Below are positions 18,330 to 26,690 of a stretch of DNA of 64,000 nucleotides, piece after piece. Position 1 is the first letter of the stretch, and the number at the start of each line of letters is the position of its first letter. This DNA is from an uncultured Acidobacteriota bacterium. GTDB taxonomy: Bacteria; Acidobacteriota; Vicinamibacteria; Vicinamibacterales; 2-12-FULL-66-21. The stretch covers positions 222,063-286,062 of the forward strand of contig CAVQXJ010000002.1 in assembly GCA_963717745.1 (NCBI GenBank). The letters run 5' to 3'. The translations under genes were made by a program, and so were the position numbers. The notes under the pieces were generated by a model, which saw only the letters and a program-made list of their open reading frames with translations, ran no database searches and had not been told where the DNA came from.

Positions 18330-19340
18330 TCAATCGTCGTGAACGGGGACGGGCGTCTTTTCCTTCACCACCGTCGCGACGATCGCCAGCGACGTCGCAT
18401 CGCGTATCAGCTGCGGCGCCGGAACCCCGGCGCTGCGGCACAGCGCCGCAAGATCGGACTCCGATCGCTCGATCAACTTCCAGTCGGCCATGTACTCAAT
18501 CCATACCCGATACGGATTGTCCACCGCGATGTTCGTGAAGACGATGCGGCCGCCCGGAGCGAGCATCTGCCAGGCGTCGGTGAGGGTTCGAGTGATGAAG
18601 CGGTCGCTCAGATAGTCGAAGAGGCCGCCGGCGAGCATCAGATCGAACGGTCCATACCTCGCGACGCGGCGCAGCACCCGTGGGACGAAGCCTTCGACGA
18701 AGTGGCAGCGGTCCGCGATCGATGCGAGCTTCTCGCGCGAGAAGGCGAGGGCATCGGGATCGCTGTCGCAGAGCACGACCGAGGCCGACGCGGGTATCTG
18801 GTCGGCGACCGCGCGCACGTCCGGGCTGCTGCCGCAGCCCACCGAGAGGATGCGGCAGTGCGGAGAGGCGGCCAGCGCCTGCCGCATACACGCCGCCTGG
18901 ACGCTGACCTTGTTGCGGTGCTGCTGGGCGATCGCCGCGGTCAGCGCGTAGGTCTCGATCGCATGGGCCAGTGTTCCGGCCGGCGCCTGGTTGCGGCCGC
19001 TCCACAGCCATTCGATCGTTTCGAAGTCTCCGGGATAGCCGCGCGGCCAGCGCTGGAGCCGGGTGACGAAGGGCGATTCTCCGTGAATGGCCCGCGCATG
19101 TTCGACGACGCGGCGGATGTCCGCGTCGGTGGCGCCCGCCTCTTCGCAGCGGGTCAAGGCGTGGCACAGCTCATGGACGACCGAGACAGCGCGGTGATAG
19201 TGACGTGCCCGGCCGGAGCCGCTGGCACGGGCCAGGGACTCGAGCTGCCGGCAGGCGATCGCCAGGAGGCCAAGGGCTACCTCGGGATCCTTGATGACGT
19301 CGAGATGATCGAAACTCGCAGCTTCGAGTGTGCTGTGCAC
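18330..19340 (-). CDS. class I SAM-dependent methyltransferase with helical N-terminal domain
   Basis: ILSVGCGSSPDV (motif I), VVLCDSDPDAL, FDLMLAGGLFDYL, LAPGGRIVFTNI. Confidence 0.8.
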   Translation of the reverse strand: MHSTLEAASFDHLDVIKDPEVALGLLAIACRQLESLARASGSGRARHYHRAVSVVHELCHALTRCEEAGATDADIRRVVEHARAIHGESPFVTRLQRWPRGYPGDFETIEWLWSGRNQAPAGTLAHAIETYALTAAIAQQHRNKVSVQAACMRQALAASPHCRILSVGCGSSPDVRAVADQIPASASVVLCDSDPDALAFSREKLASIADRCHFVEGFVPRVLRRVARYGPFDLMLAGGLFDYLSDRFITRTLTDAWQMLAPGGRIVFTNIAVDNPYRVWIEYMADWKLIERSESDLAALCRSAGVPAPQLIRDATSLAIVATVVKEKTPVPVHDD

Positions 19341-19467
19341 GGCCGTCCTCCTCCGGAACGGGCGAGGCTTCTGTGCCCCGCGCCATCAGAGACGGACGCA
19401 TTCGCGGTTTTCCGCCGGCTCTCACCGGCGCGGCCCCGCTGGATTTATCATTCCTCAGCGCACGTCG

Positions 19468-20064
19468 ATGCCCCCACTCACGCCGGACCCCACGAAGATC
19501 AAGACCTTCCGCACCGCGGCGGCGCTCGCGCGCTGGCTGCACCGGAACCACGGGCGCGAGACCGAGCTCTGGCTGAGGGTCTACAAGAAGGACTCCGGCA
19601 TAGCATCGATCACCATCGCCGAGGCGCTGGACGAGGCGCTGTGCTGGGGATGGATCGACGGCATCCGAAAGGCGCTGGACGAGCAATCGTTCCTGCAGCG
19701 CTACTCGCCGCGGCGGGCGAAGAGCGTCTGGAGTCAGATCAACCGCGACCACGTCGCCAGGCTGACGGCCGCGGGACGCATGACGCCGTTCGGTCAGCGG
19801 CAGATCGACGCCGCCAAAGCCGACGGCCGGTGGGACGCCGCCTACGCGCCGCTCCGCAGCGCGACGGTCGAGACCATCCCCGACGATCTGCGCGCCGCCA
19901 TCGAGGCCAGCCCTCTGGCCCGCAAGACATTCCGGACGCTGGGACGTCCGAACCTGTTCGCCCTGGCCTTTCGTACGAACCAGATGAAAACCGCCGCTGG
20001 CCGCGCGAGGAAGATCGCCGCCCTGGTGGCGATGCTGGCGCGTGGCGAGACGATCGTGCCCTAG
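19468..20064 (+). CDS. YdeI/OmpD-associated family protein
   Basis: ORF 19330..20064 trimmed to ATG 19468. ELWLRVYKKDSG...EALCWGWIDGIRKALDEQSFLQRYSPRRAKSVWSQIN is typical of YdeI-like proteins. Confidence 0.75.
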   Translation: MPPLTPDPTKIKTFRTAAALARWLHRNHGRETELWLRVYKKDSGIASITIAEALDEALCWGWIDGIRKALDEQSFLQRYSPRRAKSVWSQINRDHVARLTAAGRMTPFGQRQIDAAKADGRWDAAYAPLRSATVETIPDDLRAAIEASPLARKTFRTLGRPNLFALAFRTNQMKTAAGRARKIAALVAMLARGETIVP

Positions 20065-20460
20065 CCTAGCCTGGCGCCGTCGCTGACATCCACACCCACC
20101 CGAGGTCCATCGTAGGAGAAAGGCTGACGGCGATCCCGAAGGGGTCGGCTGGACGACGGCCGCCGGTGCGACCGGGCACGCGACATGCACTCGGCTTTGA
20201 ACAGAGATCCCCGCGTCAGACACTGCGGCAATGCCCACGATGATTTCGAGGTCAGCCGCAATAGGTGAGTGCGCCATAAGCGCACGAACCTGTGCGCACA
20301 CAGCCGTGCACGTGGGCGGTTTCGGCCGCATGGCCGCAGAGCTCCGGGGCCATCTGTCGAGAGGAATGACGACCGTTCGATGCGCTGGCGTGAATATCGA
20401 GAAAGCACCCCGCCGGCGCGGACGCGGTCGCGCACGAAACGCGCGGTGTGGCGAAGGGGC

Positions 20461-20991
20461 GTGTCCCGGCCTGGTGGCCTGAGGCGATCGATCATCGGTG
20501 TCGTCGTGCTGATGTGCGGCATCACCTCGACCGCTCAGGACGTCACCGGGCCTGCATTGAAGGCCGCTTTCGTGTATCAGTTGCCGAAGTTCACCGAATG
20601 GCCGCCCCCGGCCATCGCCCCCGACAGTCCGTTCTCACTGTGTGTCCTTGGCGAAGCCGTCGTGGGCGAGGCCTTCGAACGGATGGTCAAAGGGCGCGAC
20701 TACGGCGGACGTCGAATCGCCGTTTCCCGGCTCGCGCCCGGAGCGACGGCCCTGGGCTGCCACGCGTTGTATGTCGCGCAGGGCGCGACCGGCGTGCAGG
20801 CGGTCCTCGCGGAGGTCCGCGAGCGGCCGGTGCTGACGATCAGCGACATCGACGGCTTCACCAAGCTCGGCGGCATCACGCAGTTGTATTTCGATGGCGG
20901 TCAATTACGGCTGTTCATCGACACTGCGGCCGCGAACCGCGCCGGGCTCAAGATCAGCTCGCGCCTGCTGAAACTCTCGAAAGAGCCATGA
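20461..20991 (+). CDS. YfiR-family (DUF4154) periplasmic protein
   Basis: LKAAFVYQLPKFTEWP...FSLCVLGE...PVLTISDIDGFTKLGGITQLYFDGGQLRLFIDTAAANRAGLKISSRLLKLS. Start uncertain (20380 or 20461). Its stop overlaps the next start (ATGA). Confidence 0.8.
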   Translation: MSRPGGLRRSIIGVVVLMCGITSTAQDVTGPALKAAFVYQLPKFTEWPPPAIAPDSPFSLCVLGEAVVGEAFERMVKGRDYGGRRIAVSRLAPGATALGCHALYVAQGATGVQAVLAEVRERPVLTISDIDGFTKLGGITQLYFDGGQLRLFIDTAAANRAGLKISSRLLKLSKEP

Positions 20992-23028
20992 GTCATCGCT
21001 ACGCGTTCAAGTCACTCGCTCGACGTTGCGGCGCGGTAATGCTGCTGGCGCTGCTCGGCGCCGCGGCGCCCGCGTCCGCCCAATCCTCGCTGCCCGACCT
21101 CAACATCGAAGAGCTGATGAAGCTGGACGGCGGGCAGGTCTTCGGCGCGTCAGAGCGCCTCCAGCCCGTCACCGAGGCGCCGTCGTCTGTCTCATTCGTG
21201 ACCGCCGAAGACATCCGGCGGCACGGCTACCGCACGCTCGCCGAGATCCTGCGTGGGGTGCGAGGTCTCTATGTGACCGACGATCGCAACTTCAGCTTTA
21301 TCGGAGCCCGCGGCTTCGGCAAGCCTGGCGACTACAACAGCCGGATCCTGCTATTGATCAACGGCCACCGGGTCAACGACAACGTGTTCGGGCAGGCGGA
21401 GATCGGCGCCGAGTTCGGGCTGGATCCGTCCACGTTCGAGCGGGTCGAGATCATTCGTGGCCCCGCCTCCTCCCAGTATGGCGACAGCGCTTTCTTCGCT
21501 GTCGTCAACGTGATCACCAAGACCGGCGCGTCGATCGATGGGGGAGTGGTGACGGCCGAGGTCGGGATGCTCGGCACTCGCACGACCCGGGCGAGCGCCG
21601 GACGGCGATTCGCCAACGGCGTCGACCTGGCCGTCTCGGCCGCCTTGGGCCACAGCGACGGCAACGGGCGGCTGTATTTTCCGGAGTTCGATGCGCCGGA
21701 GACCAACCACGGCATCGCCCGGAACCTCGATGCCGAGAGCGTCCGTCAGTTCTATTCGCGGCTGTCGTTCAACAAGGTGACGGTGACCGCGGCCTATGGG
21801 ACCCGGACTCGCGAAGTGCCGACCGCATCGTTCGGCACGGTCTTCAACGAGCAGGCGTTCCCCGAGCAGACGACCGATCGTCATACGCTGGTCGATGCCG
21901 AATATTTGCGGACGATCCGCGGCACGAAGGCGGCGTTCCGGGTGTCCTTCGACCAGTTCTCGTACGACGGCGACTATCCGTTCGCCGGCGACGAGAGCCG
22001 GCCGCTCCTGCTGGGCCGCAACACCGTGGTCGGCTCGCGCTGGAGCGCCAGCGCACGCGGGACGCGGACGCTGCCGGGACGGCAGATCCTGACGGCCGGC
22101 GCCGAGTTCATCGACAACTTGCGCCAGGATCAGAGCAGCGTCTTCCTCGACTCCCCAGGCGGCGGCGTGCAGGACGTGCTGGTGGATGCTCCACGCTCGT
22201 CGCGTCAACACGCGCTCTATTTTCAAGACGAGATCCGCATCAAGGATTCGATCATCCTGAACGGCGGACTGCGCTACGACGGCTACGAGCAGTTCACCCG
22301 GGTCACGCCGCGCGCCGCGTTGATCTTTCTGCCCTCGGCCAACCAGTCCTTCAAGTACCTGTTCGGGCGCGCCTTTCGCGCGCCGAGCGCCTACGAGAGC
22401 ACCACGTTCTACTTCGGCGACTCGGTGGAGCAGCTCCAGCCCGAATCCATCGATACCCACGAGCTGGTGTGGGAACGCTACTTCAACGACGCACTGCGCA
22501 CGTCGGTGTCGACCTATTGGTACAAGGCGGAGCGTCTGCTCACACTGGTACCCGACGACACCACGTTTCTGGGGTCCCGGTACGTCAACGCGGGGGAAGT
22601 CCACGCCTCGGGGGTCGAGCTCGAAGGGCAGCTCCGCATCACCAGCAACGCGCAGGCGCACTTCAGCTACGCGCTGCAGCGCACCGAAGATCAGGACTCG
22701 CAGACCGAGCTTCCCAACTCCCCGCGTCACATGGCGAAAGGTCGGCTCAGCATTGCCGGTCCGTCGCGTGGATCTTCGATCGGTGTCGAAGGTCTGTTCA
22801 TGAGCAGCCGACAGACGCTCCTCGGTTCGCGCCTCCCACCCGCCGGCACGGTGCACCTGACGGTGATCCAGCCGCTCGGCCGGGCATGGGATCTGCTCGT
22901 TCACCGCCCGGAACCTGTTCGACGTGACCTATGCCGATCCGGCGTCGAGCGCCCACCGGCAGGATGCAATCACACGGAACGGCCGGACCGCACGCGTCGG
23001 TCTCACCTGGAAGTTCTGGAAACCCTAG
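20988..23028 (+). CDS. TonB-dependent outer-membrane receptor; reading frame broken about 45 codons before the end
   Basis: Signal peptide plus plug (EAPSSVSFVTAEDIRRHGYRTLAEILRGVRGLYV). The canonical C-terminus FTARNLFDVTYADP...GRTARVGLTWKFWKP* is encoded in the +1 frame from about 22900 to 23028. Confidence 0.85.
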
Positions 23029-23195
23029 TCCCCTGGAAGGGTGATGACTCGCCCAATTCCCGGGCGGGGCATCCCGGTTGGCGGCGTTGCTCATCGCTCA
23101 CATATGTCCAATATGCTCGCTCTTCGCGCCTTGCCAGCCGGGCGCCGCGCTCCGGGATTTAGGCAAGTCATCACCCTTCCATTGGACGGGACGCC
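23025..23195. repeat. repeat family F copy 1: TIR-bounded ~171-bp element with conserved ~100-nt core
   Basis: Core 23058-23157 matches 61461-61559 at about 84/100 by eye. Inner perfect 15-bp IR at 23035-23049 / 23166-23180. Outer arm 23179-23195 resembles the 61573-61592 TIR. Confidence 0.85.
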
Positions 23196-23990
23196 ATGAC
23201 AATCGCATCGCATCCCCCTCCGAATGCGTTGTCGCCGCTCGGACGGGCTGAGGATTCTCCACCGGCCGCACCGGCCTCGACTCATTTCATCGGCCTGGTC
23301 CTCGACGACGATCCGGACCTGCTGCAGGCCAGCTACGCGCTGCGCTATCAGGTGTATTGCCGCGAGCGGCACTTCCTGTCACCGGACGACTATCCCGATC
23401 AGCTCGAGACTGACGCGTTCGACCAGCATGCGATTCACGTGGGTGTGATCAACGCACAGAGAGAACTGGCGGCCACCGCGCGGCTCATACAGCTCACGCC
23501 GGCGGGGCTGCCGTCGTTCGATCACTGTACTTTCTATGCCGGGGTCAACGTCTTGCGCGACCTCGACCGCCGTGTGGTCGAAGTGTCGCGGCTGTCGGTC
23601 AGCCGGACCTATAACCGGCGTGCCGGCGACGATCATTTCAGTCTCGGGAGCGCCCCGCCGCGCACTGACGGCGGGGAGCGTCGCAGCGGCGGCGTGCTGG
23701 TGATGACGCTTTACAAGGCGCTGTATCAGGCGTCAAAACGCCGCGGGATTGCCAACTGGATGGCGGCGACCGAGCGTTCGCTGCAGCGGCTGGTCACCAG
23801 GAGCGGGTTCCCCTTCCGGCAGATCGGGCCCGAAACCGACTATTACGGTCCGGTGTCTCCCTACCTGTTGGATCTGTCGGAATTCGACGCCAACATCATG
23901 AGCGGCCGGTTTCCTCCATTGAACGATTTCATGGACGGCCTCGAACCGGAGTTCAGGCCGGATGGCGCCCCGGCCCCCGCCGCGGTATGA
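23196..23990 (+). CDS. GNAT-fold N-acyl amino acid synthase / LuxI-FeeM-like acyltransferase (family often annotated PEP-CTERM/exosortase-associated acyltransferase)
   Basis: LRYQVYCRERHFL...DAFDQHAIHVGV...ATARLI...VEVSRLSVSR...LYKALYQASKRRGIANWMAATERSLQRLV. Identified by family recollection, not a search. Confidence 0.7.
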   Translation: MTIASHPPPNALSPLGRAEDSPPAAPASTHFIGLVLDDDPDLLQASYALRYQVYCRERHFLSPDDYPDQLETDAFDQHAIHVGVINAQRELAATARLIQLTPAGLPSFDHCTFYAGVNVLRDLDRRVVEVSRLSVSRTYNRRAGDDHFSLGSAPPRTDGGERRSGGVLVMTLYKALYQASKRRGIANWMAATERSLQRLVTRSGFPFRQIGPETDYYGPVSPYLLDLSEFDANIMSGRFPPLNDFMDGLEPEFRPDGAPAPAAV

Positions 23991-25345
23991 GCCGGATCGA
24001 TCACGACGCCAACGATCGGGTGCTGCGCGCGTTTCAGCATGCCGCCGGCCTGCCGTGGTACCGCACGCTGCTCGACGAGCACGGTGTGCGCCCGCCGGAC
24101 ATCACCGACGCCGCCAGCTTCATCGATCGTTGCCCGGTGTTGAACAAGAGCAACACCTTCGATCGCTTTCCCCTGCACGAGCTCGCGCCGCGGGTCTCGA
24201 TGTCCGAGCTCGCCAGTGTGCTCACGAGCTCCGGTCACGGTGGGCGGTTCTCGTTCGGCCTGACGACGCGGAAGGATGCCGGCGAGAGCGCGTCGGTCAT
24301 CGACTACGCGCTCGATCGCGCATTCGCGGTCGAATCGCGCCCCACCCTGGCCATCAACTGCCTGCCGATGGGGGTGACGTTCTCGTCACGGGCGATGACG
24401 GTGGCCACGGTCAGCGTGCGGGAGGACATGGCAGTGGCGCTGGTGCGCGCGTTCGGCGGCTACTACGAACAGATCCTGCTGGTGATGGATCCGCTGTTCG
24501 CCAAGCGGCTGACCGATTACGCGGCGGCGGAGGGGCTCGACTGGAGCCGGTATCGGATGCAGGTGGTGATCGGTGAAGAGGTATTCGGCGAGCACTTCCG
24601 CGAGTACCTCGGGAGGTGCCTCGGCCTGCATCCCGATCGGCCGGAGGACGGCTACGTGATGTCGTCGTTCGGGGTTGGCGAGCTCGGCCTGCACCTGTGC
24701 TACGAAACCCCGGCGACGATCGCGCTGCGGCGCGCGATCCGCAGCGACGCGGCGCTGGCCCGCGATCTCCTCGGCGGCTCGCACGACGAGGGCGCGGTGC
24801 CGGCGATCCTGAGCTACGAGCCACGCCGGACCTTCATCGAAAGCGTCGACCCCGATCCGCACGGCTACGGGTGGCTGACGGTCTCGATGCTCGATCCCGA
24901 GCTGCCGGTGTCGCTGCTCCGCTATCAAACCGGCGACACCGTCAAGATCCTCGAGCGCGATGCCGCGGTCGAGGCGCTGCGGAGTCACGCCGCCGATGCG
25001 AGCGCGCTGCCGCAGGATCTGCTGGCGCTGCAGGGGCGGGAGAAGGATCGCCTTCCGAACGGCTCGCACGTCGCGGTCTACAAGGATGCGCTGTACGCCG
25101 ATCCGGCGATTGCCAGGCAGGTGACCGGCGCCGTCCGCTTGACGTTCACGGGTTCCGACTGCACCGTGCACGTGCAGTTGATACCGGGTGCGACCGCGGA
25201 CACCGGTCTCACCGGGCGCTTGATCGAGGTGCTGCCTGCGGCGGCGCGCCCGGCCGACGTGGTGTGGTGGTCCTACGAGCGCTTTCCGTTCGGGATGACG
25301 CTGGACTACGAGCGCAAGTTTCGACAGTACGTGGGCGGGGTCTGA
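23987..25345 (+). CDS. adenylate-forming enzyme, phenylacetate-CoA ligase / coenzyme F390 synthetase-like
   Basis: ATGA start-stop overlap with the acyltransferase gene. SVLTSSGHGGRFSFG (P-loop-like), VVIGEEVFGEHFREYL, LLRYQTGDTVKIL. Confidence 0.75.
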   Translation: MSRIDHDANDRVLRAFQHAAGLPWYRTLLDEHGVRPPDITDAASFIDRCPVLNKSNTFDRFPLHELAPRVSMSELASVLTSSGHGGRFSFGLTTRKDAGESASVIDYALDRAFAVESRPTLAINCLPMGVTFSSRAMTVATVSVREDMAVALVRAFGGYYEQILLVMDPLFAKRLTDYAAAEGLDWSRYRMQVVIGEEVFGEHFREYLGRCLGLHPDRPEDGYVMSSFGVGELGLHLCYETPATIALRRAIRSDAALARDLLGGSHDEGAVPAILSYEPRRTFIESVDPDPHGYGWLTVSMLDPELPVSLLRYQTGDTVKILERDAAVEALRSHAADASALPQDLLALQGREKDRLPNGSHVAVYKDALYADPAIARQVTGAVRLTFTGSDCTVHVQLIPGATADTGLTGRLIEVLPAAARPADVVWWSYERFPFGMTLDYERKFRQYVGGV

Positions 25346-25358
25346 CGGACCGCTGAGA

Positions 25359-25463
25359 CCCCGCCTGTCAAGGGACAAGGGACAAGGGAGAAAGACAAGG
25401 GAGAACTCCCGGATGTGGGTCGAGTAGTAGGAGCTTGTCCCTTGTCCCTTATCCCTTGTCGTT
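25359..25463. repeat. repeat family B copy 1 (hairpin form, GGGACAA/GGGAGAA heptamer arms)
   Basis: CCCCGCCTGTCAAGGGACAAGGGACAAGGGAGAAAGACAAGGGAGAAC, then a loop, then CTTGTCCCTTGTCCCTTATCCCTTGTCG. The right arm overlaps the last codons and stop of the O-methyltransferase gene. Confidence 0.85.
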
Positions 25464-26492
25464 GCCGCGCGGCTTGCGCGCGGCAACGATTCCCCGCGCG
25501 GCCGCGCCCTCGGTGTAGCGGCAGCCGGAAAACCCCGCCTCGACCAGATACCGCTCCATCTCCGCGGTCGAATAGCAGCGCCCCTCCGACGCGTGCATCA
25601 GCAGCACCGAGTATTCAGCCACGTGCAACGGGCCGGTCTTGGTGGCGTTCAGGAACGCATCATGGACGATGACCAGCCCTCCGGGGGCGAGTGCGGCGAA
25701 CGACTTGTTCAGGAGGTCGGTGACGGTCGCGACATCCCAGTCGTGGAGCACGTTCGAGAACAGATGCACGTCCGCACCGGCGGGCAGCGGATCGACTAGC
25801 ATGTCGTTCGCGATCACCGAGACGCGATCGGCGAGGCCCCGCTTCGCGATCGCGGCGGCGGCGACCCGGTCGACCGGAGGCTTCTCGAGCACGGTGCCCC
25901 GCAGGTGCGGGTGGTGGGCGGCCAGCGCGCAGGCGTAGATCCCCGATCCTCCTGCGATATCGAGCAGGTGCTGGTGCGGCCGCAGGTCGACGGCGCGGGC
26001 CACGAACTGCGAGAGATAAATTCCGCGGCAGTCCATTGCCGCGGTGAATGCCGCGGCGAACTCCTCGCGCTCCATCGACTTGTGCCAGTCGTCCTTGGCC
26101 TGGTGCGTTCCCCAGTTCGCCGGTTTGCCGGTGCGCAGCACGGTCAACAACTCCGCGGCGACCGGGCGATCCGCGACCGTCGGGTAGTAGGGGCCGAGAT
26201 ACCAGGGTGACCCCTTCACGAGATGGTCGCGCGCGGTATCCGTCACGGCATAAACGCCGTCGGCTTCGCGCACCAGGCCCATCGCGGCGAACAGCGTCAG
26301 CATCACGTCGGCCGGACGCGGCGTGATGCCGAACGTCGCGCACAGCTCCGCGAGTGTCGATGGCTGCCTGGCCAGCGCCGAGAACAGGTCGAGATGCAGC
26401 CCGGCGATCAGGAGATCGGGCGCGTGCAGCGCGTCGCGATAGCGGTAGAGCAGCGTCGGGTCGGTGGCCGGCGACGAGAGGAAGTCGCTCAT
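25449..26492 (-). CDS. family-2 (COMT-like) SAM-dependent O-methyltransferase with N-terminal dimerisation domain
   Basis: LLDIAGGSGIYACALAAHHPHLRGTVLEKPPV...DRVSVIANDML...DVHLFSNVLHDWD...LAPGGLVIVHDAFLN. Confidence 0.8.
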   Translation of the reverse strand: MSDFLSSPATDPTLLYRYRDALHAPDLLIAGLHLDLFSALARQPSTLAELCATFGITPRPADVMLTLFAAMGLVREADGVYAVTDTARDHLVKGSPWYLGPYYPTVADRPVAAELLTVLRTGKPANWGTHQAKDDWHKSMEREEFAAAFTAAMDCRGIYLSQFVARAVDLRPHQHLLDIAGGSGIYACALAAHHPHLRGTVLEKPPVDRVAAAAIAKRGLADRVSVIANDMLVDPLPAGADVHLFSNVLHDWDVATVTDLLNKSFAALAPGGLVIVHDAFLNATKTGPLHVAEYSVLLMHASEGRCYSTAEMERYLVEAGFSGCRYTEGAAARGIVAARKPRGNDKG

Positions 26493-26516
26493 TGTCGAGA
26501 CGTTCGGAGATGGTCG

Positions 26517-26656
26517 GAGGTACCGGATCTTAAAAACGGAGCACCGGAGCCAACGAAGAAAACGGAGACGTCACTAGTGTTTTGGTTTCCAAAAGAAATG
26601 TCTTTTCCGTTGCCTTCGTTGGCTCCGTTGCTCCGTTTTTGAGATCCGGTATCTCC
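26517..26656. repeat. repeat family A copy 2: ~140-bp imperfect palindrome
   Basis: The left arm GGAGGTACCGGATCTTAAAAACGGAGCACCGGAGCCAACGAAGAAAACGGAGACG pairs with 26601-26656 with few mismatches. Confidence 0.9.
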
Positions 26657-26690
26657 GCACTCGACCTCCGGTCCGACGTCTCGCCAGAGC

